6,972 bases of DNA from a virus (taxonomy: Duplodnaviria; Heunggongvirae; Uroviricota; Caudoviricetes). The position numbers were made by a program, and so were the translations under genes. Below the pieces are notes generated by a model. That model worked only from the letters and a program-made list of their open reading frames with translations. It did no database searches and was not told the origin of the DNA. The DNA is taken from the IMG/VR virus record IMGVR_UViG_2700989366_000013, one strand, 5' to 3'. This document shows, in pieces, positions 1 to 6,260 of the stretch; the stretch's first letter is position 1, and each line of letters begins with the position of its first letter.

Positions 1-1392
1 ATGACAACACCAGTCTGGCGTAATGATGACCTGGAAGGCGCTGTCATTGGCGCATTCTTTCTGCGTGGGGCAGATCATGAAGTGATGGATATTCTGATCA
101 CACTACCGGCGGACATTTTTTCTGTACGAGCGTATCGGGATATCTACACAGGCATCTGCAGACAGGCCCGTGTTTCAGGAGTGATTGACCCCGTGCTGTT
201 GTGTAATGAGATGCCGGAACTTGCCCCGGTGATTACTGATACCGGGCGTAAAACCTGGGTGAAGTCTTCACTGGAGCACTATGTTGCAGCGTTGCGGCGC
301 AATGCCGCACTGCGCGATGCAGAAAAAACACTGAATGAGGCGCTGCAGAAATTACGTGATGCGCATACCTGTGAAGCAGCTGAAGATGCCCTGAAGGATG
401 CGCAGAACATGATGGTCACACTGTCGACAGGAAAGGGCGTCATTCAGCCGGTACATATTGATGATGTGCTTCCGGAAGTGGTTGAGCGTGTTGAATGCCG
501 GAATCAGGGGCTGGAGAAATCCAGGACGTTGATGACCGGTATTGATGAACTGGACGCAAAAACAGGCGGTATGGAGCCCGGAGACCTGGTATTCATTGCC
601 GCCCGTCCTTCGATGGGGAAAACCGAACTTGCGCTGGACATCATCGACAAGGTGACTGAGCAGGGGCATGGTGTGCTTCTGTTCACCATGGAGATGGCGA
701 ACATCCAGATTGGTGAACGTATGGTGTCTGCGGCTGGAGGGATGCCAGTATCACGCCTGAAATCTGTGGCTCACTTTGAAGATGAAGACTGGGCGCGTTT
801 CTCACAAGGGGTGGGGCGGATGACCGGGCGCAATATCTGGATGGTGGACCAGGCGAACCTGACCATTGATGAGATATGCGCAACAACGAAACACCATCTG
901 ATTAAACATCCGGAAACGGCGCTGGTGGTGGTTGATTATCTCGGGCTGATAAAAACCCGAACCACGGGGCGTCATGACCTTGCCGTGGGTGAAATCTCAA
1001 AGGGGCTTAAAGGCCTGGCAAAATCCGGTGGTTTTCCGTTGATTGCGCTGAGCCAGCTCTCCCGCGGTGTGGAGTCCAGACCCAATAAACGTCCCATGAA
1101 CTCAGACCTGAAAAATTCCGGAGAAATAGAGGCGGATGCAGACATCATTCTGATGCTTTACAGGGATGAAGTGTACAACCCGGATACACAGGCTACAGGC
1201 ATAGCAGAAATTAATATCACGAAACAACGTAACGGTTCTCTGGGGACGATTTACCGGCGTTTTTATAACGGACATTTTCTGCCTGTGGACCAGGAAAGCG
1301 CACAGGTTCTTTCCACCCCAATGCGGCAGCCCCAGCCGCGCAGATACAGCAATACACGTACCGACAGCAGTAAGATGGAGCGTTTCTTTTGA
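1..1392 (+). CDS. DnaB-family replicative DNA helicase, phage-encoded
   Basis: 463-aa ORF. N-terminal segment resembles the DnaB N-terminal domain (DDLEGAVIGAFFL...ILITLPADIF). Walker A P-loop FIAARPSMGKTELALD, Walker B-like ALVVVDYLGLI, and the DnaB C-terminal motif block SQLSRGVESRPNKRPMNSDLKNSGEIEADADIILMLYRDEVY are present. The ATG sits at window position 1, so the true start could lie upstream. Confidence 0.85.
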   Translation: MTTPVWRNDDLEGAVIGAFFLRGADHEVMDILITLPADIFSVRAYRDIYTGICRQARVSGVIDPVLLCNEMPELAPVITDTGRKTWVKSSLEHYVAALRRNAALRDAEKTLNEALQKLRDAHTCEAAEDALKDAQNMMVTLSTGKGVIQPVHIDDVLPEVVERVECRNQGLEKSRTLMTGIDELDAKTGGMEPGDLVFIAARPSMGKTELALDIIDKVTEQGHGVLLFTMEMANIQIGERMVSAAGGMPVSRLKSVAHFEDEDWARFSQGVGRMTGRNIWMVDQANLTIDEICATTKHHLIKHPETALVVVDYLGLIKTRTTGRHDLAVGEISKGLKGLAKSGGFPLIALSQLSRGVESRPNKRPMNSDLKNSGEIEADADIILMLYRDEVYNPDTQATGIAEINITKQRNGSLGTIYRRFYNGHFLPVDQESAQVLSTPMRQPQPRRYSNTRTDSSKMERFF

Positions 1393-1403
1393 ACAACCAG
1401 ACA

Positions 1404-1646
1404 ATGACTTTTACCTCTGAACAATTGCGTAAACACGCGCAGGAAATGTTGCGACAGGCGGAACAACTGGAAAAAACAGGTGTAACAAAAGATGCCATTC
1501 GTCGGGATATGGTGCCAGCGCTCAGGGAACTGATGCAGGCGAAACATCGCGCACAAAAAGCGGTGGATGAGCTCGTTGATTGTGTGGCAGAGCTGGAAAC
1601 CAAAGTTGGAAAGTTTGAAAAAATGGTGCAGGAGGTGCTGCGCTGA
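1404..1646 (+). CDS. small hypothetical phage protein, about 80 aa, predicted coiled coil
   Basis: The ORF track starts at a TTG (1389); the first ATG is at 1404 (MTFTSEQLRK...). Charged, heptad-like sequence (QAEQLEKT...AVDELVDCVAELETKVGKFEKMVQEVLR). Its stop TGA (1644-1646) shares the A with the rusA ATG (1646-1648), and an AGGAGG lies at 1630-1635, consistent with translational coupling. No recognisable domain. Confidence 0.45.
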   Translation: MTFTSEQLRKHAQEMLRQAEQLEKTGVTKDAIRRDMVPALRELMQAKHRAQKAVDELVDCVAELETKVGKFEKMVQEVLR

Positions 1647-2017
1647 TGCGCCATGAGTTTATTTTACCTTATCCGCCGACGGTGAATACTTACTGGCGAC
1701 GTCGTGGCAGCACATATTTTGTATCAAAAGTTGGTGAGCGTTATCGCCGTGATGTGACGCTAATTGTTCGCCAGCAGCGGCTGAAATTAAACCTGTCCGG
1801 AAGGCTGGCGATAAAGATTATTGCAGAGCCACCGGATAAGCGCCGTCGTGACCTGGACAATATCCTGAAAGCACCACTGGATGCGCTGACGCATGCCGGA
1901 CTACTCATAGACGACGAGCAGTTTGATGAAATCAATATTGTGCGCGGTCAGCTCGTTCCTGGTGGGCGACTGGGCGTGAAGATTTATGAAATCACAGGTG
2001 ATAACGATGGCGCGTGA
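1646..2017 (+). CDS. rusA: RusA-family Holliday junction resolvase (crossover junction endodeoxyribonuclease)
   Basis: 123-aa ORF with the RusA family signature ([12 protein letters not shown]..., [27 protein letters not shown]) and the typical size and position for a lambdoid nin-region rusA. Confidence 0.85.
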   Translation: MRHEFILPYPPTVNTYWRRRGSTYFVSKVGERYRRDVTLIVRQQRLKLNLSGRLAIKIIAEPPDKRRRDLDNILKAPLDALTHAGLLIDDEQFDEINIVRGQLVPGGRLGVKIYEITGDNDGA

Positions 2018-2393
2018 TATTCAGCAGGTTATGGAACGGTGGGGGGCTTGGGCTGCAAACACTCATGAAGATGTATCCTGGGCGTCGATCGCTGCTGGTT
2101 TTAAAGGGTTAATTCCGTCGAAAGTGAAATCACGCCCTCAGTGTTCTGATGATGATGCAATGATAATTTGTGGCTGTATGGCCCGGTTGAACAAGAAAAA
2201 TCAGGATTTGCACGATTTGCTGGTGGATTATTACGTAGGTGGAATGACTTTTATGAGTCTGGCACGGAAACATGGGTGTTCGGATACCTGTATTGGCAAG
2301 CGCCTGCAGAAAGCGGAAGGGGTTATTGATGGCATGTTGATGATGCTTGATATCCGGCTGGAGATGGACAGATACGTAGAACGAATTATGTAG
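2007..2393 (+). CDS. late-gene antitermination protein Q (QuuD / Q21-like type)
   Basis: [38 protein letters not shown]...[18 protein letters not shown]...[23 protein letters not shown]... resembles, from memory, the Q-type antiterminators of DLP12/Stx-type lambdoid phages. Start chosen at ATG 2007 because AGGTG (1996-2000) lies 6 nt upstream; an in-frame ATG at 1986 is an alternative. It overlaps the rusA 3' end and is immediately followed by a promoter-like element. Confidence 0.6.
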   Translation: MARDIQQVMERWGAWAANTHEDVSWASIAAGFKGLIPSKVKSRPQCSDDDAMIICGCMARLNKKNQDLHDLLVDYYVGGMTFMSLARKHGCSDTCIGKRLQKAEGVIDGMLMMLDIRLEMDRYVERIM

Positions 2394-2397
2394 GTGC

Positions 2398-2427
2398 TTG
2401 ACCAGACACATTGTCCGGGGCTATATT
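2398..2427 (+). promoter_or_regulatory. candidate late promoter (pR'-like) immediately downstream of Q
   Basis: TTGACC (2398-2403), 18-nt spacer, TATATT (2422-2427), beginning 5 nt after the Q stop codon. This is the expected position of pR' and the qut site in lambdoid phages. Confidence 0.35.
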
Positions 2428-2480
2428 CCTCACGCGCCAGCAAAATCTGGCGTCGGGATTGGAACCCCGGATAGAGACCG

Positions 2481-2503
2481 CGACAGACACACGCCGCGAG
2501 CGT
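2481..2503 (+). terminator. intrinsic terminator (tR'-like) after a short leader
   Basis: Hairpin ACACGC (2481-2486) / GCGTGT (2492-2497) with 5-nt loop, followed by TTTTTATT. It lies about 60 nt downstream of the candidate -10. Confidence 0.45.
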
Positions 2504-2702
2504 GTTTTTTATTGTCGTATGCACGCGCACATCTGAATTATGGTGGGGCGCATGGGGGAGCTGAAAAGCTCGCCGGTCGGTTTCCCGGTAGTTCCAACCC
2601 TGTGCGTCTCACCACCCGATGATTGGAACCTGACGGTGTTGACAGTTTCAGGTTTGCAGTTTACATTTCCCCGCGGTGCTCAAAACACCTCGAAAGCGGT
2701 AT

Positions 2703-2730
2703 CCACACCCGATAGCCATGTGGTTTTTTT
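2703..2730 (+). terminator. weak second terminator-like hairpin plus T-run
   Basis: CCACA (2703-2707) / TGTGG (2719-2723) with 11-nt loop, then TTTTTTT (2724-2730). Short stem, so low confidence. It sits inside the N-terminal extension of the 2676 ORF call, which argues against that start. Confidence 0.25.
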
Positions 2731-2873
2731 GTGTCCAGAATTCTTGGTTTATGACCGGGTGTGCGGCTAATACAATACCAGCAATGGAAATACGCCCGCC
2801 GACTTTCGACGGTTTTGAGCGCCCGGTCACCCTCTCAAAAGGGGTAAATCAAAATATTCGAAAGGACATGTCT

Positions 2874-3437
2874 ATGAATCGCACGTCTATTGAAAAACTC
2901 CCGTCACTTACGCATAACCATCTTCCTGTCATGACAACAGAGCTGCTGGCTGATTTGTACGGAACAGAGCGCCAGCGTTTGACAAACAATTTCAATCGAA
3001 ACAAAGAACGGTTTATAGAAGGTAAACATTTTTTCCTGATAGAAGGTGATGCGTTACGAGAGTTGAAGAACGAAAACTCTTTAAGAGTTTCTGTGAAAAT
3101 TGCCCGTAACGTTCGCTCCCTCATCCTCTGGACAGAACGTGGCGCAGCCCGTCACGCCAAAATGCTCGAAACCGATCAGGCGTGGGAAGTGTTCGAAAAA
3201 CTGGAAGACTGTTATTTCAACCAGAAACAGCCACCAGCGGCACAAAACACATCTATCGAAAATGATGGATGCGCATTACTGAGCCACTTCGATAAACACG
3301 GTCAGGTTGAGTTCACGGAAAAGGTACCCGCCGATGCGATGGTATGTACTCTGGAACGGTTTAAATTTTATCTGGAGCAACACGGGTGGATCGTTGCCCG
3401 TAAAGAGCAACTGGTGGAGCGGTTGATGCGGTTTTAA
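2874..3437 (+). CDS. ORF6N-domain protein (phage antirepressor-like / DNA-binding), about 187 aa
   Basis: The segment LPVMTTELLADLYGTERQRLTNNFNRNKERFIEGKHFFLIEGDALRELK matches the recalled ORF6N-domain pattern (L..LYG.....L...RN.ERF....F.L). Start set at ATG 2874 with AAAGGA (2861-2866) 7 nt upstream; ATG 2868 is in frame two codons earlier. The longer 2676 start would run through a hairpin and T-run and lacks an RBS. Confidence 0.6.
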   Translation: MNRTSIEKLPSLTHNHLPVMTTELLADLYGTERQRLTNNFNRNKERFIEGKHFFLIEGDALRELKNENSLRVSVKIARNVRSLILWTERGAARHAKMLETDQAWEVFEKLEDCYFNQKQPPAAQNTSIENDGCALLSHFDKHGQVEFTEKVPADAMVCTLERFKFYLEQHGWIVARKEQLVERLMRF

Positions 3438-3512
3438 AAATTTTTTCCGAAAACTTTACGATCGTAAAAAGTTGAATATCCTGTTAAGAGTGGTTACTAC
3501 GCCACACAGCTT

Positions 3513-3539
3513 AAACCCGCCGATGAGCGGGTTTTTTTA
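3513..3539 (+). terminator. intrinsic terminator downstream of the ORF6N-domain gene
   Basis: AAACCCGC (3513-3520) / GCGGGTTT (3527-3534) with 6-nt loop CGATGA, running into a 7-T tract (3532-3538). Confidence 0.55.
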
Positions 3540-3588
3540 TACCTGAAAAACGGCACAGGACGTTAAACGTGCTGGTGGTCAGATGAGT

Positions 3589-3617
3589 TTGCAGATGTGA
3601 TGACATATGGTTATTAT
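3589..3617 (+). promoter_or_regulatory. possible promoter for the tRNA cluster
   Basis: TTGCAG (3589-3594), 17-nt spacer, TATTAT (3612-3617), about 10 nt before the first tRNA. The -35 match is weak. Confidence 0.2.
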
Positions 3618-3626
3618 TCTGCCTCC

Positions 3627-3703
3627 GGCCCTTTAGCTCAGTTGGTCAGAGCGAGCGACTCATAATCGCCAGGTCGCTGGTTCAAGTCCAGCAAGGGCCA
3701 CCA
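3627..3703 (+). tRNA. tRNA-Ile2 (anticodon CAU, lysidine type; ileX/ileZ-like); elongator tRNA-Met not formally excluded
   Basis: 77 nt including CCA. Hand-folded cloverleaf: acceptor GGCCCTT/AAGGGCC, D-stem GCTC/GAGC, anticodon loop CTCATAA, T-arm GCTGG-TTCAAGT-CCAGC. Sequence closely resembles E. coli ileX as recalled. Confidence 0.85.
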
Positions 3704-3704
3704 A

Positions 3705-3781
3705 CCACCACTAGCTCATCCGGATAGAGCATCAACCTTCTAAGTTGACGGTGCGAGGTTCGAGTCCTCGGTGGTGGGCCA
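3705..3781 (+). tRNA. tRNA-Arg (anticodon UCU, reads AGA)
   Basis: 77 nt including CCA. Acceptor CCACCAC/GTGGTGG, anticodon stem TCAAC/GTTGA with loop CTTCTAA, T-arm CGAGG-TTCGAGT-CCTCG. Begins 1 nt after the previous tRNA. Confidence 0.85.
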
Positions 3782-3783
3782 GC

Positions 3784-3859
<76 letters not shown>

Positions 3860-3862
3860 TAT

Positions 3863-3937
<75 letters not shown>

Positions 3938-4195
3938 GCGAGATTTGAGACGAAGGTTGTTATTTGCACTGACACAATATTGTGTGGGAATGTCTGACTC
4001 CTTACCATCTCCTGTTCTGTGATGTTGTTTTGTTGCAGTTCCAGTGCTCTTTTTTCAGCACCAGAATGGTGCATTGTCGGTCAGGTTACGTAGTGAACCT
4101 CTGGCAGGGGACTGATGATTCATCATTCTGGTGTTGTAAATATCTCTTCGGACAACTTACAAAATATTCTAAGCAAACCCCGGGAACACACTCTT

Positions 4196-4219
4196 AACTG
4201 CCTTGGCTGGCGGTTTTTT
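4196..4219 (+). terminator. candidate intrinsic terminator
   Basis: AACTGCC (4196-4202) / GGCGGTT (4209-4215) with one G-U pair and 6-nt loop, followed by TTTTTT (4214-4219). It starts within the stop codon of the 3982-4197 ORF. Confidence 0.35.
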
Positions 4220-4550
4220 GTACAGCGCTCGGTATGTGTGAGCTGGAAATCAGATTTTGCATGGACTGGAATCATGCTGTTATTTAGGGGCGAAGAACTG
4301 GCTTTTTCTTCCGCCTTCTCACCAGTAACGATTAGAAAAATAATGAAATGCCCCCCTCCGGGGAGGAGGACCGAAGAAAAAAGGCCCCGCCAGCAAAAAC
4401 ATTGGGGATGAACAGCTTTCGCTACTCAGATTGCTGGCGGGTAAAGTTCCTCATGAATTAAGAATGCTACGCGATCTTTTTTAATGGAAATGAAAATTAT
4501 TGTCAATTAGTCGTGCGTGTTTTTTCATACAATATTGGTAAAGGTGATTC

Positions 4551-4587
4551 AGGCCATCAGAGTTTTGCTGATGGCCTTTTTTCTTTC
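4551..4587 (+). terminator. strong intrinsic terminator in an ORF-free region
   Basis: Perfect 10-bp stem AGGCCATCAG (4551-4560) / CTGATGGCCT (4568-4577) with 7-nt loop, followed by TTTTTTCTTT. There is no T-run on the opposite strand, so it is + strand specific. Confidence 0.55.
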
Positions 4588-4845
4588 CGATAGCACAGGT
4601 CTGTCGGGGGGAAAACGTTTTTTGTACATTGTGGATTTTTACATGCTGATATGATTTATTTTCAATTAAATCAATTAGATATGACCTTGCCTTTAATTTC
4701 ACTAATGAAAGTTTGGGGGTGAGGTAACGCTATAAGCGTAGAGAATTCGGTGTATGTCGTGACCGTGTCATTTACAGCATTTTTGATGCCAGAAAATGTA
4801 CATTAACAGCAGAAAGCACCAGTGAGGGGGGTGCCCCTATTAAGT

Positions 4846-4851
4846 TGTCAA
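4846..4851 (-). promoter_or_regulatory. -35 half (TTGACA) of a predicted circle-junction promoter at the IS right end
   Basis: + strand TGTCAA at 4846-4851 is a perfect TTGACA on the - strand, 6 nt beyond the transposase stop. The next 17-35 nt on that strand (+ coordinates 4811-4829) contain no -10-like hexamer. Confidence 0.35.
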
Positions 4852-4856
4852 GCATG

Positions 4857-6053
4857 TTATGACCCCTGCGGGGTATAAAAAGTCCCGTCGCGCATCATGG
4901 CGAACAGAACGTCGCAGCGTCGTCTCGCCAGGGCGATAAGCGCCTGATTGTGTCGTTTTCCCTGACTCATTTTGCGGGTGTAGTAAGCCCTGGAGAGCGG
5001 ATCCCTGAGCGCGGCGAAGGCCGACAGGAACAACGCCCGTTTGAGAGCTTTATTACCCCGTCGCGAGGGATGCTCACCGCGTATTGACGAGCCGGATCGC
5101 CGAGTTACCGGCGCAAGGCCAGCATAAGCAGCGAGATGTGCGGCAGAGGCGAAGGCGCGGCAGGCGACCTCGGTGAGGAGTCTGGCTGCGGTCCTGACAC
5201 CGACTCCGGGCATACTGGTCAGGACCGGGTAAAGAGGGTGAGCAAGAACTCGCTGTTCTACCTCAAGCGCCACCTCGTCTCTTTGCTTACGCAGCGTGAT
5301 GAGCTGGAGTGCCAGACGTGGCAGTACTACGGCAGCGGCATTCGTGCCGGGAACGACGACGGTTTGTTCGGCCAGTGCCTGAGCTATGTCTGCTGCAAGG
5401 CGTTTACCCAGACGAGGCGCAAGTTTGCAGAGCTGGGCTGCCAGCTTCTTCTCACCCAGCGAAGCGAGTTTTTCTGGTGAGGGATATCGCTGGAGAAGAT
5501 CGAGTACCGCCGGGTGCTCAAGTCTCGGACCGAGAACGCGCTCCAGTGCCGGATGTATCTGGGTCAGAAGGCCGCGGATACGGTTGCTGGCCTGCGTTGT
5601 CTGTGCGGCAAGATCATCATCGAAGCCGCAGAGCATGGAGAGTTCGGCGATTTGCTCGTCAGCCAGTTTCAGCGTGCGTAGCGCGTGAGGCAGGGTACGG
5701 GCAGCTTCGGCAATGATGGCAGCGTCACGAGCATCAGTTTTAGCTTCACCGGCGTGTAAGTCGGCTATGCGGCGCATGGCCAGTCCAGGGAGGTATCCGA
5801 CAAGGACTCCTTCTGAGCGGGCAACGGCGACAGGTAACGCACCGATGGTAGCTGGCTGATCAACAACCAGCAGTATCTGACCATGTTGTTTCAGGTCAGA
5901 TATTAGCGACCTGAGTTTGTTTTCGTCGTTGGGTAATGCTTTATCGAACAGGCGTTTACCTGAACGATTAATGGCAACAGCGTGATGCGTATCTTTACCG
6001 ACATCAACGCCGATAAAGACCTGGACGGATTCGTAATCGCTGGATTCGGTCAT
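4857..6053 (-). CDS. IS110-family transposase/recombinase (DEDD RuvC-like N-terminal domain plus Tnp C-terminal domain), 398 aa
   Basis: N-terminus VFIGVDVGKDTHHAVAI (DEDD catalytic aspartates). C-terminal block MPGVGVRTAARLLTEV...AAYAGLAPVTRRSGSSIRGEHPSRRGNKALKRALFLSAFAAL...QGKRHNQALIALARRRCDVLFAMMRDGTFY is characteristic of IS110/IS116/IS900-type transposases. RBS GGGAGA on the - strand lies just upstream of the ATG at 6053. Confidence 0.9.
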   Translation of the reverse strand: MTESSDYESVQVFIGVDVGKDTHHAVAINRSGKRLFDKALPNDENKLRSLISDLKQHGQILLVVDQPATIGALPVAVARSEGVLVGYLPGLAMRRIADLHAGEAKTDARDAAIIAEAARTLPHALRTLKLADEQIAELSMLCGFDDDLAAQTTQASNRIRGLLTQIHPALERVLGPRLEHPAVLDLLQRYPSPEKLASLGEKKLAAQLCKLAPRLGKRLAADIAQALAEQTVVVPGTNAAAVVLPRLALQLITLRKQRDEVALEVEQRVLAHPLYPVLTSMPGVGVRTAARLLTEVACRAFASAAHLAAYAGLAPVTRRSGSSIRGEHPSRRGNKALKRALFLSAFAALRDPLSRAYYTRKMSQGKRHNQALIALARRRCDVLFAMMRDGTFYTPQGS

Positions 6054-6059
6054 TCTGTC

Positions 6060-6255
6060 TCCCTTGTATATGGGTTAACCAGATAACCACGGGGAGCAGG
6101 TACCGGCATCCACGTTACAGACGGTCCCGGCAAAAGTGCCTGACCTGACCCCTATTAGCGGTTACCAGCGCCCCACCAGACCCGGTGACATCACCCCCCG
6201 GATCATGGACGACTGGGGGCAGTAATCATGCCGGGTCTGGCTGGCTAACACCCCA
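6060..6255 (-). ncRNA. candidate IS110 bridge RNA in the transposase 5' leader
   Basis: About 195 nt, GC-rich, non-coding, between the - strand TATAAT (6255-6260) and the transposase RBS. Contains a perfect 10-bp long-range inverted repeat CCAGACCCGG (6176-6185) / CCGGGTCTGG (6231-6240) enclosing a nested C6/G5 stem (6194-6199 / 6215-6219). Position and size fit the IS110-group bridge RNA; no covariance-model support. Confidence 0.3.
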
Positions 6256-6260
6256 TTATA
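6255..6260 (-). promoter_or_regulatory. -10 half (TATAAT) of a predicted circle-junction promoter at the IS left end
   Basis: + strand ATTATA at 6255-6260 is a perfect TATAAT on the - strand. In the integrated state the position 17 nt upstream on that strand reads CCCGTT, not a -35. Confidence 0.35.

Noticed and set aside
352-1654. Six - strand ORFs of 66-145 aa inside the helicase gene (352-669, 504-704, 683-886, 1102-1404, 1217-1654, 1263-1556)
   Set aside because: They lie entirely antisense to a well-supported DnaB-family CDS and have low-complexity, Ser/Cys/Arg-rich translations with no RBS or motifs: shadow ORFs.
1741-2530. - strand ORFs 1741-1935, 2130-2411 and 2231-2530 antisense to rusA and Q
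   Set aside because: Antisense to well-supported CDSs, with no RBS and implausible composition.
2398-2770. + strand ORFs 2398-2622 (TTG start) and 2540-2770
   Set aside because: They overlap the predicted pR'-like promoter, terminator and repeat-containing leader, have non-ATG or unsupported starts, and encode Pro/Arg/Gly-rich sequence typical of chance ORFs.
2676-2873. The longer 2676 start for the ORF6N-domain gene (253 aa)
   Set aside because: The N-terminal extension would be translated through a hairpin plus T7 tract (2703-2730) and has no RBS. A good AAAGGA RBS precedes the ATG at 2874, and the domain match begins after it.
2648-3282. ORFs 2648-2830 (-), 2849-3124 (-) and 3100-3282 (+) overlapping the ORF6N-domain gene
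   Set aside because: Antisense or out of frame relative to the better-supported CDS, with no independent evidence.
4115-4411. + strand ORF 4115-4411 (98 aa)
   Set aside because: It would read straight through the candidate terminator at 4196-4219, and its tail is Pro/Arg/Lys-rich low-complexity sequence.
4481-4702. - strand ORF 4481-4702 (73 aa)
   Set aside because: It spans the strong + strand terminator hairpin (4551-4587), has no RBS, and its composition is unconvincing.
4825-4838. Small hairpin AGGGG-GGTG-CCCCT just beyond the transposase stop, considered as a - strand terminator
   Set aside because: Only a 5-bp stem and no following T-tract on the - strand. More likely part of the IS end or target site.
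5136-5716. + strand ORFs 5136-5480, 5309-5716 and 5386-5688 inside the transposase gene
   Set aside because: Antisense ORFs in a GC-rich gene, with Arg/Ser/Ala-rich translations and no start signals.
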